A DNA stretch of 63,808 bases, filler included, from Craspedostauros australis (Eukaryota), in the NCBI GenBank assembly GCA_030167865.1. It is 13 parts of 13 records of this genome, joined end to end, with 100 filler letters (N's around TTAATTAATTAA, not from the genome) between each part and the next. Parts side by side here need not be neighbours in the genome. Positions count along the whole stretch, not along the records: positions 12,043 to 19,568 come from JALAGF010003558.1; positions 19,669 to 24,332 come from JALAGF010003559.1; positions 24,433 to 26,260 come from JALAGF010003560.1; 10 more parts are not named here. One strand, given 5' to 3'. The notes beneath the pieces were generated by a model. The model searched no databases. It had not been told where the DNA came from and saw nothing but the letters and a program-made list of their open reading frames with translations. This document shows positions 13,907-26,360 of this stretch, in pieces (the stretch's first letter is position 1; every line of letters begins with the position of its first letter). Position numbers and translations under genes: made by a program.

Positions 13907-14630
13907 TGTTGGAAATCCAGGGTTATAGTTAGTACTGTAATCTAATCTGCTGTTAGAAATTGTACCGTTTTAGAACTGTGAGCACAATCTCACTTTCTCT
14001 TCCGATTTCATTTTCATGGTAGGCATCTGTCGCAGTGGCGACACGGGGCGTCGTGTTGTCTCTTAGGTGCTTCTCTCTTCATTCATCATGCTCTGTTCTT
14101 GCTTCCTTGTCTTGGCATTGATGTTGCTTGCCTCTGCATCGTCGTAGCTGTCTACGCTTGCATGGTAGGGATCTGCAGTCCTGAGCACTTGCCTATCTCA
14201 TGTTTCCGTTGTTGATCTCATGACGCCATCGTCCCACAATCGATGTCAGCTTTGGTGATGTTCCAAACCTGTGGCTGTTCTGATCCTTTCTGATGTTCCA
14301 AACCTGTGGATGTTCTTGTCCGTAGGAGGGAAGCGTGCTGTCCTCTGAATGGGGTGCGTCACTTGCCCATCAATCTGCTGTCATGATCGACGTCGTCGTC
14401 TGCATGGTTGCTATGGATGGTTCGGTATTGGGACCTTCTGATCCGCCATGGGTGTCGTCCTTACGTTACCTGAGGACAGACTACCCTCCTCGCGGTAGTG
14501 CAGGTATCAATCGCGTCCGTATACTTAGTCATAGTCATAATGACATGGTATACAAAGATGTGACAAATAGTTGTCAGGAATCGGGGGTACGCTTTTACCA
14601 AGATACCCATGATTGCCGCACCTCCCAATA
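13907..14630. mobile_element. Solo-LTR/MITE-like non-coding element bounded by TGTTGG...CCAATA
   Basis: It starts TGTTGGAAATCCAGGGTTA and ends TTGCCGCACCTCCCAATA, and is homologous to 10213-10967 and 15240-15435. No ORF and no evident target-site duplication. Confidence 0.6.
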
Positions 14631-15239
14631 ATATCTTCACAACTCGACGAGGTCAACTTTGTTGACAACACTCGGACCACCTTGTAGCCTGTCCCCCATC
14701 AACCCTCTGTGCATGAATGACATCAACATCAGTCATGTCCCACCATGAAGTCTATCCATGTACTACTGCTGTAATGAGGGCGAACCTATGGATCGACCAC
14801 TAGGGATGTAATCGCACATGAGCCAAGACTATGGGCGAAACTGTTGATATGTATCAGACATGTCGACGCGCATCGACGGACAAGGGATCGCTTCTCTGAG
14901 AAAGAGAAACGGAGGCGATGCTCCTATCCGCTCAAGAGCACGAATGACGACGTGACATGCATTCATCATAACCAGCCTGTATGCAACATCGGCTCAGGAG
15001 GAATGCTGAGGAACCGAGGGCCATGTGGGATCGATCAGACTGAGACCCATGCTGAAGGTACCTGTACGTCTATGAGAGATGCTGCTCGAATGTAGAAGAT
15101 GCAAACCACCATGGTAATGCATGATGAATCTGCAGAAGAGAGCATGAGAGCAAGATGATGAAGCAGATGAAAGCAACCATGAACTTGTGTATGATCATGG
15201 TGAACTGCTACGGATTACACTTGCTGCTGAATTGGAATT

Positions 15240-15435
15240 GGAGAGTCAAGGAGTTTGTTCTCACAGTTCTAAATTGGTACAGATTGATAACAGATTAGTC
15301 TACTACCTTAACCCCGGATTTCCAACAAATAGTCTCCGAACATGTGACGAATAATATTCAAAGCTGTGACGAATACTGTTGAGAGGTGCGGCAGTAATGG
15401 GTATTCCGACAAAGTCGTACCCTCGATTCCTAACA
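15240..15435 (-). repeat. Partial copy of the same repeat family (59-bp unit, two 22-bp repeats, TGTTGGAAATCCGGGG terminus). Further fragments at 15725-15745 and 16391-16440.
   Basis: Direct sequence similarity to 10213-10315 and 13907-13990. Confidence 0.75.
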
Positions 15436-17113
15436 GTTGGAGTTCAGCAATCCTGCACGTGGTGGCGCAGTGGTGACGTACGAGAGGGACCCGCCTGTCC
15501 CCCCCAAGTATCACCTGCTCCTTGGACGAAAAAGAGTTGCGCCCATCTCGATGATCTTGATTCTCGCTGATGTACCCAAGCGCTCCAATTGGAGTGGTGA
15601 CAATGACACGGATAGTTAGGACGCATCGTTGACCTTGTCGGACGTTGCTTCTTGCGATTTGCGCAGGGCAATGAGCTCATCCAACAAGTCCAAGGCCTCT
15701 TCGTGGGTTTTGTCGTCCCACGGTTGTTGGAAATCCGGGGTAACCCAGCCTTATTTGTTATATCTGATTACCTATTCCTGTTGTTGCATTCTCAGGACTG
15801 TGAGCATAACATCTTCAGCTCTTCCAATTCCATTTGTCATAGCATGTATAATCCACAGTAACATCATGTCATACTGTTGCNNNNNNNNNNNNNNNNTCAT
15901 GCATTCTCGCTTGTATTCATCGATCCTTTCATCAGGCATCTCCATCATGCATCTCATCATGCATATCATCATCTACATTCATGCGGTACGATTCCGCAGT
16001 CATGCGTTTCTCTTTTGGTCTCCTGACACCCAACTTTACGATTGGTGTCATGATTGATGTCATGGTTGATGTCCTTTCTGAATTGTTCTAGTCCGCGTGT
16101 GGCACGTGTTTCGGTTCTCCAGATGGGGTGATCACAGACCTGCTGGTCATCGATGTTTCTCCTGTGACGTCGTTGTTTGGATCGTCGCGATGTCATGTCT
16201 GCTGTTGGGACATCCTGTTTTTGCGTCGTCATGGTTTTCATGTCAGAGGAGGACAGGCTTGTTTTCTTGTCAAGACTCAGATCAGTCACGTTCGTCTTGA
16301 GTCACGGGTGTGATGAATAGGACTCAAAGGTGTGATAAATAGGAGCCAAAGGTGTGATCAACAAGAGTTGATTTATTCAGTCGTGCTTTTTGTGGGAGGT
16401 GCGGCAATTTGTGGCATCTTGCCCCCCCGGATTCCTAACATCTGTGTCCATGTGATGTCGCATGAGCATTTGGACGGTTTGAGTCGGAAAGCAACACAAA
16501 ACAGGCTGGTTGGTGGAAATCGGCGCTTCAAAAGGGCTGGTCCGTGAATTTCCTTGAGAACAACGGTTGTCGTCGAGAACTTTCTTTTCGCAGAAACAGC
16601 TGTCATTGTCTACACAACAGTTTTTGATTGGCTGGGATAGTCATATCAGATATTGACTAATTCGACCCAATTTGCCGGGTGTCCCAGACGTGGAAGTGTC
16701 GTATCCGGCCTTGGTGCCCGCCTCTGGCGAGGTCGCAATCAGTGCCGACACAACCTGCGATGTTCTTCTGTGATGTGTTCATGTGATGTTCTCCTGTGAT
16801 GTTAGTGTCAAGGGCACAAGGCACCACACGAGAAGAGATGGACGATTTCACTGTCCATGGGTATGAGGAAAGCAACATCGTCAATGCCAAAAGAGTAACG
16901 TGGTTGCGACTGGCTCGCACGAGTATTACATGACACAAGGACCAGCAATACGCACAGTAGTTGCAGCAGCCTCTCCATTCGTACCCTCATTGAGGGATAC
17001 GACGAGCTCACAAATCAACAGAAGGATCAATGCAAAAAGACCAAGTGCAAACCCAAAGAACAAGGCACAACCGCATTCGTCCATCTCCGATCGCTTGAGA
17101 TCCACCCCTCGCA

Positions 17114-19289
17114 ATGGCGCAAGATCCCACCCCTGGTGGAGGCAACGCCAAAGATCCGCTCCCAAATCATTGCAAGCGCGACTATGACTTCAGCGTTGAT
17201 CTGATCAGCAATGCCTCCGACCACATCGGCTTCCTCAGAGGCTTGCATGCGAACGGCATCACGCTGCAACGCCCAACCGAACGCTCTGCCCACCGGTACA
17301 AGCTCTGGTTGGATATGGTGCGCGCCATCCACGAAGACTGCGCACGACCAGGCCAAACAAGAGAGCCGCCTAAGCTCATCCCGCCTGCCGATGTGGCGTG
17401 GCTGTGGCACTGCCATCGGTTGGCGCCAATGAGGTACGTTGAATATCTCAAGGAACGCTACGGATCCAGCGGCTTCATCTTGCTCGAGGCCAATCCACCA
17501 TTCGACTTTCAGACCGAGAATGGCACGGATGGTGCGCAATCGGCCGCCACCGTCGATGATGACGAGAACACGCGGCAGCTGTGGAACAGACACCATCCAA
17601 CCGAGCCGTTCTTCCTTTCGGAATCATCGTGGTCTCATGCCAACGAGTCGCAGATCATGGAAAGGGGACCGGAGAGTCCCAGCACCCCGACCTCCCTGCT
17701 ATCGGGCTTTGATGTCATTGAGAGCGCGGAGCGTCAATCCACGTTCCTCTGGCAAGTCTCGCAACCGAACTTCTTCAAGGATGGATTCCTGCGACAAGGA
17801 CTGGCGCAGTACACCAAGTTCCTGCAGCTCCGCCGCATTGCCAACACCAAGCAAGTCACAATCGTCCCAACCTACCAGATCGACTTGTTCTGGCACACGC
17901 ACATCCTCGCCAACATGCAGGGATACTTCGACGACTGCAAGCAGCTGTTGGGCTACATCCTGCATCACGATGACTCGCTGACCGATCGTTCCGAAGGTGG
18001 CGTGCTGGACACGTCGTTCCGCGAAACTCAAGAGCTGTGGCAGGAGCACTACGGCGAAGCATACAAGTGCCCCGGAGGCATGTACCGCGGGGAGCCGCCC
18101 AAGACATTCTACCATGCCCATTGGCCGCAGCAGCTCCGTGAACAGATCGAGTGGGAGCAAGGTGTCGGTCCCTACATCAACATGATCCATGTGCAGGGTG
18201 CGACCTCCACCAACCCTGACTCCAAATTCAACACGAGCAACGCCCTTCCCGTTTGGCAGTACAAGTCTGACGGCGGCGTCTGGATGGACTATGGTGCCGC
18301 GGAACGTGACAACATCAATGCTGCCTACAGCACAAACCCAACCGACCAGTCCTTCCATTTGGAGACGGATCGTCACACGCTCATCATCGACTTCGAACAA
18401 AATGTGCAAGTCAACCACAGCACACAAAAGAGGAACACCATCCGACGTCAGCATGTGCTGTGGCAGCACCAACGAGACGGAACCGACATCACGTGGGAGG
18501 ACTACGCCATCGGCATCCAAGTACTCATCGAAGCCGCGCATCAAGAGCAAGACTTTTCCAAGAAAATCTTTGAGGCGAAGATCGGTTCGAAGACCTTCGC
18601 GATCGACACGTTGGGAATGACCCAGGTCGACCTGGGCCACAAGGATGCATCCCCATCCAAGATACGCCGTCAAACCCAAGACACCGTTTCGGTTGCAACG
18701 AGCGAAGGATATGGTGGACTCGATCCATTGGCCACCGCAGGCGCACAGATTCCTGACACTGCTACCAGTCTCGCTCCTCAAGATGGCGCTATTGATTATA
18801 CCGCCTCGTGGACCCCGGTGGACGGAACCACCAAGGATGGTAAGCCAGGCTTTGTGGCAGCCGGTCCAAAGACGACACGCCCAGACCTTGGTAACCCACC
18901 CAGGGATGACTACATCTTCGACAACGGTAGTTTAGGTGTGGGATACTACCATCAAACGACCAACGATGCGCAATACATCCTGCTGAAGCGGGTTTCCCAA
19001 AAGCGAGCCCGCCTGGAAGACGATCGAGGCACCATTATGTGCGTATCCATCCTTTGCTTATGTGGTCTGCCGCTTTGTCTTGGTGCCACAAAGGGCATAT
19101 CTCAGGAGATTGCAGCGTTGGATGCACTTGCGACAGCCATTCGGGTCCGAGTGAAATCTGCTGGACCCAGTGCTCCCATCGCACTCCCTTCCAATGTCAC
19201 AAGTCGACTCTACAAGGAAAATAGGGTCGATGTCATTGGTCAGGCGTACGACGCCAAGCGGTGGAACGCACTCTTCATGGGCGCTGCTG
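17114..19289 (+). CDS. Glycine-rich-domain protein (GRDP/DUF1399-like) with tandem WWE domains, exon 1. Downstream exons are resolved in the 21197-24168 copy.
   Basis: Two DUF1399-type motifs (PPADVAWLWHCHRLAPMRY and VPTYQIDLFWHTHIL...YFDDC...ILHHDDS). WWE-like repeats at about 18248-18670. GTAAGT donor at 19290. Confidence 0.8.
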
Positions 19290-19668
19290 GTAAGTTTTCG
19301 TATCCCTTCCATCTATCTTGGCACGCCCAACGATTTCTCGGTTCTCGACAAAGTCTGGTGGTGTCTCCGGTTGGTCGATTTGTGCAAATGGCTCGCGATA
19401 TCGGTTGTGTTGCTCTGCCTCACCAAATGTGCAACGCCAGGAAATGAATATGAATCGAGTGGAACAGTGGTGCTCGATGCAATCTGCGGTGGTATAGTGG
19501 TACGTGTATGCATGCGTCTCAAGTCGGCGTCACTAACCTTCTTCTTCTTCTTCTTCTTCTTCTTCTTCNNNNNNNNNNNNNNNNNNNNNNNNNNNNNNNN
19601 NNNNNNNNNNNNTTAATTAATTAANNNNNNNNNNNNNNNNNNNNNNNNNNNNNNNNNNNNNNNNNNNN

Positions 19669-22600
19669 CACACATACGCACACACAATCGCATGTACTCA
19701 TATATCCAGAGCGTCGGCGTGCACTGCCGTATCAGACTTTCATCACATGGTACAAATCAGTCTTCTTGGTCGTACAGACCAAACACCCGATGACGTTCTC
19801 CCCTTCCATCGGATCTGCCACTTTCGCAGAGGACGCGCACCAAATCGAGCTCCGCAAGTGTACAGACAATCACGCCTCATGCTTGCCTCTTCACCAGCAG
19901 CGAGCGGAGCCCCAACGCTAAAAGGAGGAACCCTCTCACAACGGAACCCAGAAGAGGAGTTGCCTGATCAAACCATGCCTCGTGTGTGCCACACCATCTA
20001 TCTGCGTGACGGTTCTTCCCAGGCATTGAGAATGCTCGCCGATCTTGCCATGTTGCTGTCAAGAGAGGGATAATCGTACGAAGAAGACAAAGACCCAGCA
20101 CTGTCGTCTGTACTTACATGCGCCCACGATAGACATTCCGCGACGAATCACGCAGCGATGATCGTTCCACAATGGACATAAGATGAGAGTTGTTCGCACA
20201 CCATGCGAGAACAGATAACTATCACCTTACGATCGACTACATTATGGTACTCTGTCCAACTCTACTTTTCGATCAGTCTGCGTCGCATCCGCGCCATCTC
20301 GAATGTTGTTGATTGATCGTCGCGGATGGGCTGCGTAGAAATTGTGAGATGAAAAGAGTTTCGAAACTTTCCAGCGATGTTTCATGCCAATCTCCAAACA
20401 TGTAGGGCCAGCAACCGCTCGGCAGTGGAGAGTCAGGATGCGTCCGCCACCGTGATTCCTCTACGCACGAGTGTTGCTGAGATGGGAGTGTACTCCAAGG
20501 CTCCATCCGTTCTCAAAGAGCCCTCTTGCTTTGCTCGCACATGATGTACTCGAGAAAGAACTTCTGACCAACGCACCATGAAAGGGTCTCACAAAGAATG
20601 CCAATGATAACAGCCCAGACTCACCCATGACCCTTCGTTCACTTCGTCCAATCTCTCATGGAGTTTATGGACCGAGTAGGAGAGGACATCGCCTGGTCTA
20701 ACCGCCTTCGCATCCTGTGATGAAGAAAGGCAGAGCCAAATTTGATGTCACAGGGAGAAGAGCGGATACAGTGCAGTATGTACGTCAACGCAGAGCGAAG
20801 TGGAAGGGTGAAGTTATGAGATGAGGTACAGATCATTGCGAAGTCCATACGATCCATCAACAGCGGATGCAGGTACCCTGTGCATGTTGCGAGTATATCC
20901 GTACCCGCAGAGCATCAGAGAGAAGCGAGATCACAACAAGACAGTGTGCGCAAGTGCGAAACAAGTATGGCTCTTGGCACCACGTACATCATCATCATCC
21001 TCCACATCCAGAATTGAATTGGAGTACGATTGTGATAAGAGTGGTTCAGTAGAGAGTTGTACATCCAACATGACGTAGAAGGTCAGAGTTGAAAGGAGCG
21101 AACAAAGCAAGTGAATGAGTGAGTGAGAATCGAAGCAAACAGAAGCATCCCTGTCAGGTATCTGTACGAAAGCGTGTTTACTCCGTGGCTGCCGTATCAT
21201 GCGGAAAGCTTACCTCCTCCACCACCACATCCTCCTCCACCGCCGCATCCTCCTCCACCACCGCAGCCTCCTTTTTTGTACGTTCGTTCGTTCATTTGGT
21301 TGTTCATTTGGTTGTTCATTTGGTTTTCATAATTGCAGGGGCGACGGATCGATCAGAAACCAGATAGACAGCACGTCCGTGAGACGTATCAGTGTGAGTG
21401 TGAGCACGAGCGTGAACTTCATATTTCGCTGTTCATCATCCCACAAGTGAAGCATTCATCTCAGTGTCCAGAATACCCCATCTGACAACTTACCACCGCC
21501 ATCGCCACCACCGCCGCCGCCACCATAACCGCCGCCACCACCACGATTTACGACAGACTTCTTTTGGCCTGCGCCAACAGCACCACAGGCTATACCCGAA
21601 GTGTGTGCGGGATGCATGAATACCAAAGACACAAACGGGTGTGTGCATACGACAGTATGGCAGTGATCGGACAGTTGATCATGGGACGAGGAAAGCAATC
21701 ACAGGAAGAAGAAGAAGAAGAAGAAGAAGAAGAAGAAGAAGAAGGTTAGTGACGCCGACTTGAGACGCATGCATACACGTACCACTATACCACCGCAGAT
21801 TGCATCGAGCACCACTGTTCCACTCGATTCATATTCATTTCCTGGCGTTGCACATTTGGTGAGGCAGAGCAACACAACCGATATCGCGAGCCATTTGCAC
21901 AAATCGACCAACCGGAGACACCACCAGACTTTGTCGAGAACCGAGAAATCGTTGGGCGTGCCAAGATAGATGGAAGGGATACGAAAACTTACCAGCAGCG
22001 CCCATGAAGAGTGCGTTCCACCGCTTGGCGTCGTACGCCTGACCAATGACATCGACCCTATTTTCCTTGTAGAGTCGACTTGTGACATTGGAAGGGAGTG
22101 CGATGGGAGCACTGGGTCCAGCAGATTTCACTCGGACCCGAATGGCTGTCGCAAGTGCATCCAACGCTGCAATCTCCTGAGATATGCCCTTTGTGGCACC
22201 AAGACAAAGCGGCAGACCACATAAGCAAAGGATGGATACGCACATAATGGTGCCTCGATCGTCTTCCAGGCGGGCTCGCTTTTGGGAAACCCGCTTCAGC
22301 AGGATGTATTGCGCATCGTTGGTCGTTTGATGGTAGTATCCCACACCTAAACTACCGTTGTCGAAGATGTAGTCATCCCTGGGTGGGTTACCAAGGTCTG
22401 GGCGTGTCGTCTTTGGACCGGCTGCCACAAAGCCTGGCTTACCATCCTTGGTGGTTCCGTCCACCGGGGTCCACGAGGCGGTATAATCAATAGCGCCATC
22501 TTGAGGAGCGAGACTGGTAGCAGTGTCAGGAATCTGTGCGCCTGCGGTGGCCAATGGATCGAGTCCACCATATCCTTCGCTCGTTGCAACCGAAACGGTG

Positions 22601-24332
22601 TCTTGGGTTTGACGGCGTATCTTGGATGGGGATGCATCCTTGTGGCCCAGGTCGACCTGGGTCATTCCCAACGTGTCGATCGCGAAGGTCTTCGAACCGA
22701 TCTTCGCCTCAAAGATTTTCTTGGAAAAGTCTTGCTCTTGATGCGCGGCTTCGATGAGTACTTGGATGCCGATGGCGTAGTCCTCCCACGTGATGTCGGT
22801 TCCGTCTCGTTGGTGCTGCCACAGCACATGCTGACGTCGGATGGTGTTCCTCTTTTGTGTGCTGTGGTTGACTTGCACATTTTGTTCGAAGTCGATGATG
22901 AGCGTGTGACGATCCGTCTCCAAATGGAAGGACTGGTCGGTTGGGTTTGTGCTGTAGGCAGCATTGATGTTGTCACGTTCCGCGGCACCATAGTCCATCC
23001 AGACGCCGCCGTCAGACTTGTACTGCCAAACGGGAAGGGCGTTGCTCGTGTTGAATTTGGAGTCAGGGTTGGTGGAGGTCGCACCCTGCACATGGATCAT
23101 GTTGATGTAGGGACCGACACCTTGCTCCCACTCGATCTGTTCACGGAGCTGCTGCGGCCAATGGGCATGGTAGAATGTCTTGGGCGGCTCCCCGCGGTAC
23201 ATGCCTCCGGGGCACTTGTATGCTTCGCCGTAGTGCTCCTGCCACAGCTCTTGAGTTTCGCGGAACGACGTGTCCAGCACGCCACCTTCGGAACGATCGG
23301 TCAGCGAGTCATCGTGATGCAGGATGTAGCCCAACAGCTGCTTGCAGTCGTCGAAGTATCCCTGCATGTTGGCGAGGATGTGCGTGTGCCAGAACAAGTC
23401 GATCTGGTAGGTTGGGACGATTGTGACTTGCTTGGTGTTGGCAATGCGGCGGAGCTGCAGGAACTTGGTGTACTGCGCCAGTCCTTGTCGCAGGAATCCA
23501 TCCTTGAAGAAGTTCGGTTGCGAGACTTGCCAGAGGAACGTGGATTGACGCTCCGCGCTCTCAATGACATCAAAGCCCGATAGCAGGGAGGTCGGGGTGC
23601 TGGGACTCTCCGGTCCCCTTTCCATGATCTGCGACTCGTTGGCATGAGACCACGATGATTCCGAAAGGAAGAACGGCTCGGTTGGATGGTGTCTGTTCCA
23701 CAGCTGCCGCGTGTTCTCGTCATCATCGACGGTGGCGGCCGATTGCGCACCATCCGTGCCATTCTCGGTCTGAAAGTCGAATGGTGGATTGGCCTCGAGC
23801 AAGATGAAGCCGCTGGATCCGTAGCGTTCCTTGAGATATTCAACGTACCTCATTGGCGCCAACCGATGGCAGTGCCACAGCCACGCCACATCGGCAGGCG
23901 GGATGAGCTTAGGCGGCTCTCTTGTTTGGCCTGGTCGTGCGCAGTCTTCGTGGATGGCGCGCACCATATCCAACCAGAGCTTGTACCGGTGGGCAGAGCG
24001 TTCGGTTGGGCGTTGCAGCGTGATGCCGTTCGCATGCAAGCCTCTGAGGAAGCCGATGTGGTCGGAGGCATTGCTGATCAGATCAACGCTGAAGTCATAG
24101 TCGCGCTTGCAATGATTTGGGAGCGGATCTTTGGCGTTGCCTCCACCAGGGGTGGGATCTTGCGCCATTGCGAGGGGTGGATCTCAAGCGATCGGAGATG
24201 GACGAATGCGGTTGTGCCTTGTTCTTTGGGTTTGCACTTGGTCTTTTTGCATTGATCCTTCTGTTGATTTGTGAGCTCGTCGTATCCCTCAATGAGGGTA
24301 CGAATGGAGAGGCTGCTGCAACTACTGTGCGT
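19669..24332 (-). repeat. Contig duplicating contig 12043-19568 in permuted order: 19669-21500 = revcomp(12043-13874); 21714-24332 = revcomp(16950-19568)
   Basis: Identical ORF translations map with constant coordinate sums (33543 and 41282). Confidence 0.95.
21197..24168 (-). CDS. GRDP/DUF1399-WWE protein, near-complete copy. Exons 24168-21993, 21589-21494 and 21270-21214; 3' end uncertain (read-through stop at 21197-21199 or a further exon).
   Basis: Exon 1 is the exact reverse complement of 17114-19289. Phase-1 GT-AG joins give ...MGAAACGAVGAG...GGGGGYGGGGGGGDGG-GGCGGGGGCGGGGGCGGGGG, the Gly/Cys tail characteristic of GRDPs. Confidence 0.8.
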
Positions 24333-24432
24333 NNNNNNNNNNNNNNNNNNNNNNNNNNNNNNNNNNNNNNNNNNNNTTAATTAATTAANNNNNNNNNNNN
24401 NNNNNNNNNNNNNNNNNNNNNNNNNNNNNNNN

Positions 24433-26078
24433 TGGAGAGCACGCGCGGTGGCCTTGCGCTTGTCGCGGCTGAAGTGAGTGCGGAAGTTGTTCCTGATGGT
24501 CTCAGCCTCCTTGGGGTGCTCCTGGATATAGTGTTGCAAGTGAGCAGCACGTCCAAAAGCCTTGCACGTGGCAGGGCCATGTCCCATGGAGCAGCAAGCG
24601 GGGCAGAACGCGTCAGGGTCCGGCTTATAGAAAGCGTTGGTGGGGCGACGTGAACGATCGCGATCGGAGCCACCATCGCGGGACCCTCGTCCGGAACGAG
24701 TGTTGACGTGATGAGCCTTGGGCTGGACACCGGTGGTCGGTGCATCCGGGATCTCCTGCGCCATCTGCTCTACTTGTAGGTTGAACGGGAGAGACTTGGG
24801 AGACGTGATGGTGCGCAGCATGGTACGATAGTGCTCCAGCGAGTACCCATGCCCGCGGAGTTCCTCAAGGAAGATGCGACTGAGCTCCAAATTGGACACG
24901 GCGCGCCGGAACACCAAGCCTTCGACGTGCTGGAAACCAAGGAGTCGTGTGGCAAAGCCGGACACGGACCCATCAAAGCCGGGCACCTTGTGGCTGTGCT
25001 GTTGCACCGCATCAAACGCACCTGCCAACACCTTGTGAAGGAAGACGTATGCGGACAGCCGATGGGGTAGCACACCAAAGCTGCTAGCATATTTCAGCTG
25101 CAGGCCAGGGTTAGCACGATCCACAAGGCCTTCGGACTGGAGCTTGGCGGTCAGCTTCTGGTTCATGTCGAAGATGCGAGCGCCTGGCACGTTGTTAGGG
25201 ATGATCGACGCGTGTGGGAGGAAGGCGTCCAACGGGCAGAAATGTACATCGATGGACGCCGCCGCCGTCTGGAGCTGCGCGTACCACACGAAGATGTGAT
25301 CGGGGTCGCTACTGGTGAGCTTGACGCTCCAGCGGTCCCACGCGGGTTGTACGCCGAACTCGAGCCGCTCCACAGCCTCACCAATAGAGTAGCTGGGATG
25401 CCGCTTGACAGAAGGGCTGGCGTTGGCAACAGCGTACGGGACACCGGAGTCTGTGACATAGTCAAACTCAACGGCGTCGGCGGGAGCGTCGTCGCGAGGC
25501 AGCGGCGGACTGGTAGGCGCGAGCCCCACAGGGGCAGTACTGCCCTCATCAATCGTGCCCAAGCCGTCGCGCGGACCGCGCAGCTCGTCGGTGGACTCTG
25601 AGGCCTTGCGAACGGATTCGCCAGCTGTAGGGGCTGGACCGGGGCCGTCAGTGGGCGTTGGTTGCACACCCGAACGCTCGTCGTCAGTGGTAGCCGGCGA
25701 AGCCAGAGGCGGAACAGCGCTCGGCTTGCGAAGAGTATCGAACTCGGGTGGGACGGCGCTGGAGCGGCGAAGGTATGCGCGGAACCGCCGTGCATCGAGA
25801 GCGGCCACCCACGGGTCATCGTCGTCGCGGTGTTCGTTGTACCACGACCGGAGCTTCCACATGCCGCGGATGTGGACCAAGGGGCCACCCCACTCCGTCA
25901 TGCAAGCGTGGAAGAGCGCATCCTCGGTATCGAAGAGATCGTAGAGCTCCTCATCGCTGGCGACGTGAAGCGCGATGCGCGCGTCATCAAACCATTTCCA
26001 CCCAAGGCGCTTGGTGATCGTCTTGGCGTCAGCCAAGTCGTCGACCACGGGAACGTCGTCGGCGAGACCAGTCATCAT
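24433..26078 (-). mobile_element. gag: Copia-type retrotransposon Gag ORF, uninterrupted, 3' end truncated by the contig end
   Basis: Open GC-rich ORF of about 548 aa with a CX2CX4HX4C zinc knuckle (CPACCSMGHGPATC) near its end. Upstream LTR end and primer-binding site are present. Confidence 0.75.
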
Positions 26079-26204
26079 GAGAGGAGCGAAGAGTAGAGAG
26101 CGAGGGGAAAGGGCAAGGAAGGATACCGCGGGAGCAAGGGAATGGATCGTCCTTGAGCAACACGCGAAGAGAGGAAGATGATGGATTCACGAGGAGCGTG
26201 AAAA

Positions 26205-26260
26205 GGCCATAACCTGTCAGTATCGTGAGAGTGTGATGTGTGTGTTTTGGTGCTAATGAT
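26205..26260 (-). promoter_or_regulatory. 3' end of the 5' LTR (...CTGACA, 26215-26260) immediately followed by a Copia-type primer-binding site GGTTATGGCC (26205-26214)
   Basis: The minus strand reads ...GATACTGACA|GGTTATGGCC. This resembles the GGTTATGGGCC PBS of copia elements primed by an initiator-Met tRNA half, and lies about 125 nt upstream of gag. Confidence 0.65.
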
Positions 26261-26360
26261 NNNNNNNNNNNNNNNNNNNNNNNNNNNNNNNNNNNNNNNN
26301 NNNNTTAATTAATTAANNNNNNNNNNNNNNNNNNNNNNNNNNNNNNNNNNNNNNNNNNNN

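Noticed and set aside
17699..18781. Long antisense or alternate-frame ORFs (also 22501-23583, 31048-32610, 36999-38384, 42935-43948)
   Set aside because: These are shadows of real genes caused by codon bias, with no recognisable motifs.
17114..24168. Large inverted duplication or palindrome of the GRDP gene
   Set aside because: The two copies are on different contigs separated by a linker, so their relative orientation is arbitrary.
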